Source: Rebecca billardiae RCC1528
Taxonomy: Eukaryota > Protista > Haptophyta
Reading direction: 5' to 3'
Assembly: GCA_965240325.2 (NCBI GenBank)
Contig: OZ251236.1
Coordinates: forward strand, 868,001-932,000
Length of the DNA stretch: 64,000 nt
Shown here: in pieces, positions 44,377 through 56,930 of the stretch
How positions within the stretch are numbered: the stretch's first letter is position 1
Layout: every line of letters begins with the position of its first letter
Notes under the pieces: model-generated
Told to the model about the DNA's origin: nothing
Seen by the model: only the letters and a program-made list of their open reading frames with translations
Databases searched by the model: none
Program-made: the position numbers and the translations under genes

Positions 44377-47300
44377 ATGCCGAGGATGGACGTGGCGGCC
44401 CCCGCCGCAGCCCCCGCCGCAGCCGCGTCGTCGGTCGTGAGGCGGTGCTTGAACTGTGGGGTGAGGAATGGCAACGGTGTCAAGCTGCGGCTCTGCGCCC
44501 GGTGCCGCCGGGTCTACTTCTGCGGCATGGACTGCGCGCGCGGGCTCTGGAATGTGCACCGCAACGACTGCCTCGCCGCGCGCAGCGCTCCGGCCGCAGA
44601 CGCGGCGCCTGCTGCGGCGCCAGCGCCTGATGGCGGCGACGGCAGCGGCGCTTTGACTAGCCGGGCCGCCGGGCCCATGCCAACCGTCGCCGAGCTGCAG
44701 CGCATCATCGCCGGCATGAGCGCGGACGACACGCTCGTTCGCTGCACGAGTGATCTCATCGTCGTGTGCGCGCGCGACTTGGACGGCGGCGGCGGCGGCG
44801 GGCAGCTGGCCGTCTCGCCGACGACGGGACGGACGCCGGGTCTCGTGAGCGACCTGCAGCTCCTCAAGCGCGCCGCCAATGCCGCCTTCGTCGCGGGCGA
44901 CATGGAGGCGGCGCTCGTCGGGTACGACGAGATTGTATCTCTCTTCGTGACCGTGCCTGAGTCTGAGACGCTGCGGCCGCTGAGCCGGCTGAACGTGGCC
45001 CTGGCGTGCGCGCTGCCCGCGCTGGAGGAGCTCTGCGCCACGGCCCTCGCCAACCGCGCGCAGGCCCTGCTCAACCAGGCTCGCCACGTGGAGTCTGCGC
45101 TCTCGTGTCTGCTCGCGCTCGAGCTGCCGAGCGTGCACGAGGCGGCGCCGCCGCAGCCGGCGCAGCAGCAGGGGCGGGGGCAGCACGAGCGGCGGCAGCG
45201 GCCAGCCGGGCGCGTCAGCCTGCTTGAGAAGGTGCTGCACCGGCTGAGCCACGCCACCCGCGCTTCTGAGCCGGAGCAGATCGATGCGGCCGCGCAGCGC
45301 GCCGCTGCGGAACGAGAGGCGTCGGCGGCGCCCTCGGAGCAGGACGTGGCTGCCGTGCGCGCGCCTGTCAGCGCGCATGCGCCGGGCCCTGCCTTGCAGC
45401 CGCACGGCCACGCGCCCCACCTGCCGAGCAGCGTGATGGGCGAGTGGAGCCGTGAGGCCGCGGCGCGGCTGCTGCGCGTGTGCGCAGGCTCGGTTGGCAC
45501 CGCGCTGCTGCTGCGCCGCTCCACGCTGCCGCGCTCGCTCGCGCCGCCGTTCAGCTCGCAGCCCGCTGCGATCAGCCAAGTGCTGAGCGCGCTGCGTGAC
45601 GCGCTCAGCCTGCACCGCGCGACGCGGCTGGGCCGGAGCGAGGTGGGCGCGCTCCTGTCGGAGCTCGGCTGCGTGGACTGGCCGCGCGAGGCGGCGGCGC
45701 GCAGGGCGCGCCTGCTCAAGGCGAGCGAGCGCGCGGAGTTGCGCGAGCTTGCGCAACTGTGCGCAGGCCCGCTGCACCGCGCGCTCGTCGAGGATATCGA
45801 ATATATGGGCCGGGGCGGGCTCCTCTTCGGCGCGAGCGCGGCCGCGCAGGGCCATCTCGATGAGGCGGTCCTCTGGCTCAAGTCGGAGCGCGATGAGGCG
45901 CTGTCGATCACGGCCTTCCTGAGCGCCGCCGACGCGCTGATGCCCGGCTTTGGCTTGGAGAGCGTCAGCCACTTCACGCTGCGCTTCTACGCAGAGGCGC
46001 GGCGGGGGGGCTTGGGGGCGCTCGAGGTCGCGCTTATGGCGGCGGCGGGCCGATCGGACATCGACGTGGTGGCGCTGATCGACGCCGCGTGGGTGCAGCT
46101 GTGCGACGCGCGCGCGCTCGAGTCTGCCGCCGAGCGGTTGGGGGCGGAGCTGGCAGCTGAGCAGCTGCGCGGCCACGGGCACCCGCTCGAGGCCGACGAC
46201 GTGCCTGTGCCCCTGCCGGAGGGGCACTCCGCGCTCTCGGAGGTGGACGGTCGCGTGCTGCTCGACGGCAGCCCGCGGCCCTGCGTCCCGCTCCGCTCGC
46301 TCGTGCGCGACGTGCATCGTGAGAAGCAGGCGGCGCACTGGCGCGGCGCGAACGGGCTTGCGGAGCCGCCGAGGTGCGACGACGGCGTTAGGGTGCGCGA
46401 GGCGGCAGAGCTGGCGGACGCCGAGGTGGACGACGAGCTCGAGCTCGAGGACGAGGACGAGGCCGGAGCCGGCGCGCCCGCTGCTGCACGCGCGGCTGCC
46501 GGCGCGCCCGCCGCTGCGGACGCGCCCGCTGGCGGCGGTGGTGCTTCTGCGCCGGCCTGCTCGTCCGCCTCGCCAGACGCGCGCGCACGCCTCGCGGCGC
46601 GATTCGCCGCCCTCGCGGCCGAGCCCGAGGCGCGGGCGGCGCTCGAGCACGAGCGCGCCGCCATCGCGCGTGACGCTGGGGCGGGCAGCCCCGCCCTCGA
46701 CGCGGCCGGTGCGCCCGTGGGCCCCATGCGCACGGCGGGGCCGTGGCTCGTCGCATGCCGCGCGCAGGAGCAGCTCCTGCGCGCGCTGCTCGAGCAGATG
46801 CCACGGCCGCTGCCGCTCGCGCACAGCGACAACGGGGGCGAGTGGCACGTGTCGTTCGTGCCCGCGTCGGCGTGCGGCTGGCGGCTGAGCGAGACGACGA
46901 TGCTCCCGGAGATGGCGAGCCTCAAGAGCGCGCGCGAGCTCAAGGTGGGCCGCGTGGAGGTGGTGACGGCTGCGGGCGGAGTCAGGCCACGTCGCCTCTT
47001 CGAGCCCGGCGCGCCGCGCCCAGCGGGAGCATCAGCACCGCCAGACTCGGCGAGGACGCGCGCGCTCGCGGTGGTGAGCACGCGCGCCGACCCAGCGGTC
47101 AGGCGTCGCGATGAGACGGGCGTGGAGTACGAGGCGCGCACGCTCGCGCACGCCGTGTGCCGGGCACTGCTGCTCGCCGTCGCCGAATGCGGCGGGCGGC
47201 CGCGCACCGTGCGGCTCGGCACGCACGGAGCCCCCGCCCTCCACAGCGCGAACCTGTCGGTGCCGCCGCTCTGGCCGCCCCCGGCCGACAGTACCGAGCA

Positions 47301-47520
47301 GCCGGCGATGTCTGGCAGCTTCCTCCCCATCCCGGCGGACGCGCCCATGACGGCTGAGCGCGAAGCGGCCGGGTCCGCCGAGCAGCCGCCGCCGTCCACA
47401 GGCGCAGCCGGACGGGCGGGTGCCGCTCCGGCGCGGCTCGCGCAGCCGCTGGCTCTGTGGATCACTGAGCACATCGGCGCGGAGGTGTTCACGGCTGTGC
47501 CTATGTTCTCTGCTGCATGA
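44377..47520 (+). CDS. MYND zinc-finger protein with TPR-like helices
   Basis: CLNC...LRLCARCRRVYFCGMDCARGLWNVHRNDC; LKRAANAAFVAGDMEAALVGY...ALANRAQALL. Confidence 0.8.
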   Translation: MPRMDVAAPAAAPAAAASSVVRRCLNCGVRNGNGVKLRLCARCRRVYFCGMDCARGLWNVHRNDCLAARSAPAADAAPAAAPAPDGGDGSGALTSRAAGPMPTVAELQRIIAGMSADDTLVRCTSDLIVVCARDLDGGGGGGQLAVSPTTGRTPGLVSDLQLLKRAANAAFVAGDMEAALVGYDEIVSLFVTVPESETLRPLSRLNVALACALPALEELCATALANRAQALLNQARHVESALSCLLALELPSVHEAAPPQPAQQQGRGQHERRQRPAGRVSLLEKVLHRLSHATRASEPEQIDAAAQRAAAEREASAAPSEQDVAAVRAPVSAHAPGPALQPHGHAPHLPSSVMGEWSREAAARLLRVCAGSVGTALLLRRSTLPRSLAPPFSSQPAAISQVLSALRDALSLHRATRLGRSEVGALLSELGCVDWPREAAARRARLLKASERAELRELAQLCAGPLHRALVEDIEYMGRGGLLFGASAAAQGHLDEAVLWLKSERDEALSITAFLSAADALMPGFGLESVSHFTLRFYAEARRGGLGALEVALMAAAGRSDIDVVALIDAAWVQLCDARALESAAERLGAELAAEQLRGHGHPLEADDVPVPLPEGHSALSEVDGRVLLDGSPRPCVPLRSLVRDVHREKQAAHWRGANGLAEPPRCDDGVRVREAAELADAEVDDELELEDEDEAGAGAPAAARAAAGAPAAADAPAGGGGASAPACSSASPDARARLAARFAALAAEPEARAALEHERAAIARDAGAGSPALDAAGAPVGPMRTAGPWLVACRAQEQLLRALLEQMPRPLPLAHSDNGGEWHVSFVPASACGWRLSETTMLPEMASLKSARELKVGRVEVVTAAGGVRPRRLFEPGAPRPAGASAPPDSARTRALAVVSTRADPAVRRRDETGVEYEARTLAHAVCRALLLAVAECGGRPRTVRLGTHGAPALHSANLSVPPLWPPPADSTEQPAMSGSFLPIPADAPMTAEREAAGSAEQPPPSTGAAGRAGAAPARLAQPLALWITEHIGAEVFTAVPMFSAA

Positions 47521-47682
47521 TCAGCGGCTCCAGCCACAGTCAGGGACAGCCAGTGACCCTATGGGGGGGGTGCATTCAACGGAACCCCTGGGAGCCAGAG
47601 AGCGACGAGGGTACCAATCGCCAAGATCTCCGGGGCGGCGGACGAACGGCCTAATCGGTATAGCGTAGTCCGCTCATCGAAG

Positions 47683-47785
47683 TACAGTTTATATATTTGT
47701 TTTAACGTGCGTAGTAAGGCTCACGGTGGCAGGTTGCCGCGCCATCCTTCATCGCACGCTCTCCGAAGAGAGACCTGGAAACTGG
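47683..47785 (-). repeat. Dispersed repeat T, copy 2
   Basis: Reverse complement of 18105-18212. Confidence 0.85.
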
Positions 47786-48205
47786 TCGGAGCCAGCGGCG
47801 GCCGCCGCAGCGGTCTGATGCGTCGCTTGATCCTGCACTACGCTACGTCTTGACTCGCGATCGGGAGACGCCGAGATCAGGCCGTGCGTGCGAGGCGTCG
47901 CATGGTCGTCGCGAGGCGGCGCAGAGCTGACGCTGTCAATCGACGCCGCTGCACGCCCTCTGTCAGGCTCAGCCGCGCAGTCTGTGATGCAAATCTGGCG
48001 AGTTGGGCCCCTATTGAGGCGTATTTGGTCCTTCAATCGGCTGCGGGGGCAGCCGCCCCCCAGACCCCCCCCAAAAGAGATGAATGCACCCTTATTGCTG
48101 GATGTCCCGGACAGTGACCGGAGCCCAGCATCATCATCTTGTATGGGCGCGTCCTCGGTCATGCAGGAGTGCCGGGCAGTCAGCGGGCCGGAGCCCGCCG
48201 CAACT

Positions 48206-48313
<108 letters not shown>

Positions 48314-49153
48314 ATTCAGATGGCGTCCGGTCCCCGTCAGCGCAGGCCTGGCCCTGCCTAGCTTACAGCGTCAGCAGACTCGACGGTATCAACTATCTGT
48401 CTATCAATAGTATCATCAATCAGCATGTCCATGATTCATGTCAAAATCATCATCATGACGACATCATTGACGGTCGTCATAAATCATATAATCATTCGCG
48501 AGTATTATTATAATAACCCGAGTCGATACGGCGCGGGCCGGCACTGGCACTGCTGCTCGGAGTCGGATCACGTACATTCCGGATATTGGCACATATTAAA
48601 GTAGCTGATATGATACGTATAAGTAGCTCATTAAAAGTAGCTGGCACCCATGGCCATGCCTGGCCTGCAGCACCAAACGTAGCCGCCGAACGTGCCCCGC
48701 CACTGTGAGACGGCCGCCGCGAACCGCGATGCACGGTGCCCTTCAGTGACGTGAGCAAGGTAGTCTACTACTGCAAGGGGACGCCAACCTGACGGCTGGC
48801 CATGCCATGGGAGGTAGTAGGGACGTCAGACACGCGCCAAGAGCCCATGGGAAGCTTGCTCTCCCCAGTAGGTGAGCTCGTCGGGCGTGCGCACGCGGTT
48901 TGTCTCAAAGTGCCCTCCCCCCCCAAAGTGAGACAATCTTGCTGGTGCTCGTACTCTTCAACGGCATGGAGCTAGCCCACAAGACTCGCGGCTTGAACTC
49001 TTCGTCTGATGCCCTCCACAACGACGTGCGCGAAGGGCGTGAGCGCCATCGTGGTGGAGCGCAAAAACCAAGTGTGCACGTTAAAACATATAGTAAACTG
49101 TATATCGCCTTTTCGTCATCATCAATCACGCTCCGGCCTTCCCGGTGACTCTG

Positions 49154-49810
49154 ATGATGGCGTGGACGACAGCTCTCCGAGTCATCACGCTCGTCGCGAG
49201 CCTTGAGTACGGGCTCGCACTCCGCGGTCAGCCCGTCAGCCGGCGGCAAGCCACGTCGGTTGCGGTGGCATCGGCGTTCGCCCTCAACGTTCCATGCGTG
49301 CCACCACCCTCGGCGGGGGCCGCCACTGACGCGGCCTTCTCGAGGATGGCGAGCGAGGCGCCTGTCCTGAAGGATGGCACGGCGCCGTTCAACAGCCTGC
49401 CCTCTGGGGTGAAGGTGAAGGTGATGAAACAAGGGCCGGGTACGGGCGAGACGGTTGAACTCGGCAAGCTCGTCACCGTCGAGATGACAGCGGCTGCGCT
49501 GAATTTGAACGGCGTCCGATTCTTCACGACAAAGCTCGAGGATGGTACGCCGTCCCCGGTGGTCTGGAAGCTTGGCGACGGCACGGCCGTCCCAGGCCTC
49601 GAGGAAGGCATGATCGGCATGCACAAAGGCGAGGTGCGTCGCATCATCGTGCCCGCCGCGCTGGGGTACGCCGCAAAGGGGCCCAACAGCGGCAAGTACG
49701 TCCCGCAGCCGCGCTCATTTGTCGACCAGCAGGCGTTGAAATCCATCTTGGAGAACCCCAACCGCGACGCCTCCGTCCTGTTTGACGTGCGCGTGGATCG
49801 CATCCGTTGA
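49154..49810 (+). CDS. FKBP-type peptidyl-prolyl isomerase, probably thylakoid lumen
   Basis: Signal peptide followed by Tat-like SRRQATSVAVASAFAL; LGDGTAVPGLEEGMIGMHKGEVRRIIVPAALGY; LFDV. Confidence 0.88.
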   Translation: MMAWTTALRVITLVASLEYGLALRGQPVSRRQATSVAVASAFALNVPCVPPPSAGAATDAAFSRMASEAPVLKDGTAPFNSLPSGVKVKVMKQGPGTGETVELGKLVTVEMTAAALNLNGVRFFTTKLEDGTPSPVVWKLGDGTAVPGLEEGMIGMHKGEVRRIIVPAALGYAAKGPNSGKYVPQPRSFVDQQALKSILENPNRDASVLFDVRVDRIR

Positions 49811-50244
49811 TGACGAACCCGGCCCTGACGTCACAGCGCCCACTTCGGGTACGTATCACGATGACGACCAAGTACGCCCGCGGTATCACCGACCTCGCTG
49901 CCCACGGCCCACCCATGCTAGGCTGACGGGGTGGCGCGGCGGCGCCGCGCATCATGATCAGGCTCATGCGGCACGGCGCAGGGCGCGCGGCTGCGCGAGG
50001 GCGACCCGCACCGGCACCGGCCACCGACGATGCAGCATCACTCACGATGCATTGTCGTCGTCAGTCGATCGACGAGGGCGCGACCAGCATCGGCAGGCTG
50101 GCCGCTGTCACTGACCGACCGAGGACTCCGGAGCCGTCCGAGGCGGATGGCCGGATGCGCAGTGCCAGTGGCATCGTCAGCCATCACATGATTTAACACT
50201 CGTCACTGAGTATGACGAAATCAGACGACGGCATTCTGATGACG

Positions 50245-50247
<3 letters not shown>

Positions 50248-50293
<46 letters not shown>
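50248..50293. repeat. (AG)n microsatellite
   Basis: Direct reading. Confidence 0.95.
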
Positions 50294-50295
<2 letters not shown>

Positions 50296-50998
50296 TGAGA
50301 GAGACGCGAGAGTCTCGAGAGCATGACGACTGACACGAGTCCGGGAACCGCGCCGGCGCCGCGGCCCGCCGCGCCGCGGCGCCGCCGCGCCCGGAGCTGA
50401 CGCGGCAGCAACAATGTGACTGTGAGCTGCTGGACTCCTGAGTGCTGGACGACGAGAATGTGAGTGATGCCGGACGAGCGACGACGCGGCTGCGGTGTGG
50501 CGCTGCAGGTCGGAGGCGCTGACAGCAGCAACCTCACCGAGCACTGGGAGGGGACTGCCAAAGGTGTACGTCTACCTATAACCTAATGTGTGCCGAGCTC
50601 ACAAGAGTGGTCGGAGGAGAGCGGTGTAGCTAATCGCGTGCGGTGTCATGCCCCCCCCGTGCCCAGCTCGGCGCCTTGTGTTGTGAGGCCCCCGTACCTT
50701 GGGCCGAGCCGCGCCAAAGCCAGAAGAGACGCCTCGAATGAATAAACTACAAGAATCGCCGAGCAAACGAAACAAAACTCGCCGCCGAGCAAGCTTGTCC
50801 TGCAGGCGGTGGTGCCGATTGGATTGGCTGCCGAAAAGGGGGCCGACCCGAGGACTGCACGCGCCGCATTATCACGCGAAGGAAGCCAAGCGAGCCGGCG
50901 GATCTTGGTGTCGCTCTTAGACACTCCGTTATATTGTGCCAATAACGCCACATATCACTTTCGTTCCGCGCCTTGCGATAATAATAATTCGTCGTCAC

Positions 50999-51000
<2 letters not shown>

Positions 51001-51052
<52 letters not shown>

Positions 51053-51081
51053 CACAGTGTCACACACACATATGTATGATG

Positions 51082-51165
<84 letters not shown>
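51001..51165. repeat. Compound (CA)n/(TA)n microsatellite
   Basis: Direct reading. Confidence 0.95.
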
Positions 51166-51166
<1 letters not shown>

Positions 51167-51579
51167 GTAAAGCAGCTGCTGATTAGCATATGCCGCCACA
51201 TATAATTACATAATAATATTATTATATTATTATTATAATGGCACTTGTCTGCTCGCGAGCATATCCGTACGCCCGGTACCGTACGGATCGGCTACTCAGT
51301 GTTAACAGCTGGCAGCATATAAATATTCGTATCATACGGTTAATAATTACGGCCCGCCATTTCCGAATAAAATTGATTATTAGATGCGTTCCAGCGTTGT
51401 CACATGTTTATTACTGCGCTGCTATTGACGTTTCTGACGTTTCAGACACAGCCGCGGCACTACCGTTGCCGGCGGGCGTTGGCTTACGGCCCGTGGTCCT
51501 AGTAGATATCCGGGCCCCGGCGCGACTCGGGGGCGCATTGAGAGTGAGACGTACTCGGGAGGTCCGTCTGCATCAGCCA

Positions 51580-54296
51580 TCAGGCGGCGGCCGCCTTCGC
51601 CTCGCTGGCGCGCCGCAGCCCACGGATCGCGTCCTCGACGACCTCCAGGCCCTGCGGCGTCTTGTCCACGCACGTCGAGAGCCCCGCCTTCTCAAAGTTG
51701 ATGCGATCCGGACTCCCCGACGGGTCGCCCGTCATCCCGATGATCATCCCGGTGAAGCCGCGGGCGCGCAGCTCTGCCGTGGTCTCTGTCCCTCCCATGT
51801 GCGGCATCTGTCCGTCCGCGGGCGCGGGCGCGGGCACCGGCGCAGCACGGGGGACGGGCGTGGGCAGGGCGAGAGCGCGCGTGAGCAGCTGCACGCCGCG
51901 CACGTGCGGCTCGCGCGCGGCTCGCGCGCGTGCGGCCGTGCGGTCGGCCAGCGGTGCGCACCTGGTTGTCCATCAGCACCAACTCGAAGGGCGGCAGGCC
52001 CGCGGCCGCGCGCTGCTCCACGGCTTCGAGCGCCTCATGCCCGTCACTCGCGACGACGACGGTGGTGAGCGTCGGATCGGCGAAGAGGCGAAACCCGAGC
52101 GTGAGCTGCAGCATGGCGTCGTCCTCGACGTGCATGCACGCGACGGGCGGCGGCTCGCCGGGCTGCGCGGCGGGTGGCGCCACGTCCGCATCCGCATCCA
52201 CGTCGGTCGGCACCTCGGGCACGTCCTCGATGGTGCTGTTGGAGGGCCGCCCGGACGAGGCAATGGCGGACACGCGGGTGCTCTGGGCCTTTGGGGCGGG
52301 CAGATGACGTGCGCCGCCAAACTCAGCGGAGATGAAGGTCGCCGAGAACCTCGACGGCTTGCGCACGCGGCGCGCCTCGGGCGGCGCGTCCTCCACCCGG
52401 CGCAGGTAGAGCACCATCTCGAAGCTCGTGCCCCGCCCGCTCCCCTCCGAGTCCAGCCGGAGCTCCGATTGACCGTGCAGCCGCAAAATGTGCCGCACGA
52501 TGTTGAGCCCGAGGCCCGTGCCGCCGTTGCCCTGCAGCTGGCCGCGGCCCACCTGCGCGAACGCCTCGCCCGAGCGCAGCACCTCGAGCTCCTCCGAGCT
52601 GAGCCCGACGCCCGTGTCCTGCACGCGAATGACGAGCGACGGGATGGCCGCCTCTGCCGGCGGCGTGCCCACGGCGGTGGCCTTGTCGAGCGTGTGCGGC
52701 AACGGTGCGCCCTCGTGCACGCTGAGTGTGATCTCGCCGCCGGAGTCGGTAAACTTGATCGCGTTCGAGATGCCGTTGCTCAGGCACTGCAGCAGCCGGC
52801 GGCAGTCGCCTTGGTACCGCGCGAACATGAGGTTGGTCGGCAGCGGCTCGCACACCAGGCGCAGCCCCTTGCTCTCCGCGAGCGCGGCGAACGCCACCTC
52901 GGCATCCTCGAGCATCCGCCCGAGCGAGAAGGGCGCCTGCACGAGCTCGAGCCGGCCGCTGTCGATCCGCTCGAAGTCGAGCATGTCCGAGACGATGCCC
53001 TCCATCAGCGTGGTGCACGTCGCGATGGCCGAGAGCGCGCGCAGCACGGGCTGCGACTCGAGCGTCATGTGCGCCTCGGTCTGGCCGAGCACGTCCACCA
53101 TGTTGCGAACCGCGAGCAGTGGCGAGCGCAGGTCTGCGCGCCCCCGGGACGGCCAGGCCAGGCGCACGCGAGTGAGCACGCGCGCGCGTGCGCCGGCGTG
53201 CGCGCACAGGGCGTGCGCGGCGGCCGGGACGCGGTGGCGCGGCGGCGGCGGCGCGCGCACCGTGCATCACCACGCGGATCAGCTTGGAGCGCGCGTCCTT
53301 GGCGGCCGAGAGCCGCGAGCGCTCCGTGCGCGCTTCGAGCTCGACTCGCTTCATCTCCTCCCACGTGCGCGCGCCGAGCAGCACCTCGCGCTGGTAGGAC
53401 CACTGCTTGCGCTCCGTCACGATGCGGTGCAGCGTGGCCTTGACCACGGCGAGCAGGAGGAACGAGGCCACGCCCATCTCCTCCAAGAGCGGCCGCACAT
53501 CCGAGAGCGAGACGGCAGTCTCGCCGATCACTGTCGCCACGACCGTGAGGACGCACGCGATGGCAAAGGGCAGCAGCTGCATGCGCGTGAAGAGGCCCGC
53601 GCCCATGAAGACGACGCACACCCGCACGAGCGTCACCCAGCCCGACGTGCTGGCCGCCGCGAGCTCGAGCTCATCGGTCACCGTGCCGCGCAGCCGCGCC
53701 TCGACGAGTGCCGAGCGCTCGGGCGTGAAGACGATCATGTTGACCGCGGCGATCACGAGCCACGAGATGAAGGCGGAGTCCAGCACGGCGAAGGACACGC
53801 GCGCGCGGAACGACGGCGAGCGCCACACCGCCACGCTCAGCAAGAAGACCGGGAAGGCATACACGTACGCGAACGTCGAGACCAGGTTGTTGATCGAGGT
53901 CGGGCCTGAGTGCGGCAGGGAGAGCTCGGACAGGAGGGTGATCGGGTAGACGATGAGGACAAAGCAGCTGGTGAAGGCGTACGCGCGGGCGTGCTCGAGG
54001 CGCATGTCGACCTCGAAGATGTGCTCGAGCTCGGCATCCCGGAAGGTGCAGAGCCATGTCAGCCGCTCAGCCGCCGCCGCCTCGAGGGGCGACGGCGAAG
54101 GCGCGGGCGACGCAGCAGATGCGTCAGAAAAGTCATTTGCGCGAGCGGCAGAGGAGGAAGAGCGGCGATCCTTCGGATGATCCTGCGAGGAGGAGGAGCG
54201 GTCAGCACCCGGACGATCTTGCGGTGCCCCCGAGAGCTCGGCCTCCGCGGGCGCAATCCTCGCCCTCATCGGGGTTACTATGGTGGGGCTCTTCAT
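51580..54296 (-). CDS. Membrane hybrid histidine kinase (6TM-HisKA-HATPase-receiver), exons 54296-53261, 53133-51962, 51807-51580
   Basis: Splicing restores H-box VVMHDLRSPL; N-box NGISNAIKFT; VQDTGVG; GGTGLGL; receiver HVEDD...VLMDNQMP...MTG...DK. Confidence 0.92.
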
Positions 54297-54494
54297 CCAC
54301 AACGCCACAAGCCTACGGCAAAGCAGCGCTGCTCTCGATTGGCGAGCGGCGTGGACCCCCCCCCCCGAGCGCGCGCCTAGGTGTGCACCTCATGCCGTTC
54401 CCGCGCGAGATAGCGCGGATCTTATTGAGATGTGACTTTTAATTACGACGTAAAGCTACGGGCCTACGGCCGCAACTTTACTATGGGTTGGGTT

Positions 54495-55220
54495 GGGGTG
54501 AGTTCTTAATCATTGCACTTATCAGTTCGGCTCGTCGCCCAACATTAATAGGATCATAAACCTGGCCTGATGGATACTCGACGCCCACCAATCGACGAAA
54601 ATAATGGTGGGCCAACAGCTAAAGGTAGGGCCTTGAATATAGTATTCAGGGACCGAAGGGCCGCATACGTATTCGTCAATCGGTCAATACTGAAGACGCT
54701 TCGTCAATGATACAATCTTCTCAATAGTCATCAGGGGCGTTCCCCGCACTGGTCATACGCCAAATCGAACCGCGTTCCTATTGAAATTGCTTTCCTATAT
54801 TTCAAGCGGGTACATTTGATTACGGCCCGCGCCAGTCCGGTAGCAATGCCCCCCCCCAGGGGGGGGCATTGCTTTCGGGAGCGTGTGGCAGGATCCCGGG
54901 AACGCCCTTGTGCCAGCCTGTTGGCCGTCGAGCCCGGCCGGCTCTGCGCTGCATGCGTGCGGCGCGCGCTGACCACTAAAGTGCGACAAAGCCTGACGAG
55001 GAGGAAGCAGCGGAGCGCAAAGCGGAGCATATCCGCGCTCTAGTGCTGCACATGCATGACAACGCGCCGCCTTCGCACGGCAACGCGAAGGCCGCAGTGC
55101 CTCGCGCGGTGCGCATTCCAACGCCCAGCCGGGCCGACGCAAGCACAGGCACGTGAGGCGGGCAGGCTACCAGGGCCAGGCATTTTCGTTGATTTAAAAA
55201 CAGAAATAGGAACTCACCCC
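54495..55220. mobile_element. Possible MITE upstream of the histidine kinase
   Basis: TIR GGGGTGAGTTC (54495) / GAACTCACCCC (55220) and an internal hairpin at 54842-54873. No TSD seen. Confidence 0.4.
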
Positions 55221-55930
55221 GAGGCGGCGAGGCGTGTGGTAGCAAGGAGTCTTTAAAACCCTACTCATTGGTAAGACCCCTTGGTGGTCGTAGGCAGGGT
55301 CGAGCCCGTGAGCGAGACTACTCGGAGAACGCCCTCTCTCTCTCTCTCTGTCTCTCTCTCTCTCCGTCCTCTCTCCCCCTCGATCTCTCTAAGTCTCTCC
55401 CTGGCCGATCGCGATGTAAGTATGAGTCAACGACGCACTCCGCCATCAACAGCATGAGCGTGGCTGACTGGCTGGAGTCCGGCGACCGTATCATCCACCT
55501 CGGCACAGAATTCGGACACTAAGACAGTCTGCGCTGCGCGGCTTGCTCAGTGCCTGATTAACTGTGTGCCACTTATGGCGCGAAGTCTGGTGTAATGCCC
55601 ACCGGACTCTGAGACTACTGGCAGCGCACTCTACAGTCTCAATAGCCGATTTAAGTCGGACCGTCACAGTCCCGGAGTCCGCCGGACTGTGTCCGTTAGA
55701 TAGACGAAATGGGCGAAAGGCGAATAAAATAATCCGGGCCAGATCGCCGAGTGAGTGAGATCGCGTCGCCGTCATATCATGAGCATCGCCATCGGCGGCA
55801 TCGCAGCCGGAGCCTGCCGGGGCCGGCACCCTGACCCGCGGTTCGGTCACTACGGCGCCGCCACCGGAGTTATCGGCTATACACGCCTTCCCCAACCGAC
55901 AGTATTGGGGCTCCATATTCCATACTACTA

Positions 55931-56092
55931 CATCCGACTGTCGGCGCGCTGTAAGCTACGGCTGTATCGGCGCCCAGTCGGAGAGTTCGGACGACGACGT
56001 TTTGTGGACGCCGGTGGGGCGAGGACGACGGGCGCTGGCGCGCCGCGAGGCGCCGCCGCAGCCCTCATCCAGGCCTCGCAGGCGGACGGCTG
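55931..56092 (+). repeat. Dispersed repeat S, copy 2
   Basis: Reverse complement of 7514-7660. Confidence 0.85.
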
Positions 56093-56533
56093 CATCGAAT
56101 TTCGTCCGCATAGTAGTAATACTTCGGCTGCCAATCTTAAATCTAGTAACGGAGTAAGCCCTACTATCACACTGAACTGTCTGAGACTGTCTTCCCCGAC
56201 AGAGGCGACAGACCGCCGGGACCGCCGAGCTCGCCCGAGTCGGGCGAGTCTTCCGGCGGCGCTACTGAATAGTTACTGATGATGAGTGTCTGATCGGCGA
56301 CGGCTTCGTTCATAGTGTTATTTAGTGATGCTTTCATCGGATGAGACGGATCGCCCGGATCTGATATCAGACAACTATATATTCGTCATTATTCAATGAT
56401 CACTCAATCCCGGATCACTCTGACTCAGTGATGATTCATGCGGGCCGGACTCCCCGCCCCCCCCCGGCCCCCGCGGCCCCCCCCGCCGGAGTGCCACAGG
56501 CACAGACACTTAGACCTAGGCTGGCGGGCGGCA

Positions 56534-56583
56534 ATCTCGCCTGCCGCCTGAGCTGTGTGCGTCTCTTATTCTTAGTAAACTGT
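56534..56583 (+). repeat. Dispersed repeat R, uninterrupted copy (empty site of B1)
   Basis: atctcgcctgccgcctgagctgtgtgcgtctcttattcttagtaaactgt equals the left flank (23866-23882) joined to the right flank (30444-30473) of B1, apart from a 3-bp indel. Confidence 0.9.
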
Positions 56584-56930
56584 TACTCTCATGCATCCGA
56601 CAGCGGCATCCGGCCCTGACCCGGCGGCGTGGACTAGGCGTGACTTCACGCCCGGGACTTGCCCGGCCGCCGCCGTGCCCGCGTATCCCAGCACCCTGAC
56701 TCTGGCGAGACTCACCGAGCGCACGTTGGGCCCGAACGCAGCCGAGCACAACCGCCTGTTCCAGGTCCCAAAGAGCATCCGGTCGCAGCCAGCTGAGTCC
56801 AGCTGCAGCGCGGCTTGGGCGAGCTAGCCCAGCAGTGGTGGCGAGCTTGAGTCTTGCCGTCCGATAGCCAGGTCGGTACAGCCACCAGGGTGCCAGGCAT
56901 CGCCGCCTTGCGCTTCGTCGGCGGTGCAAC

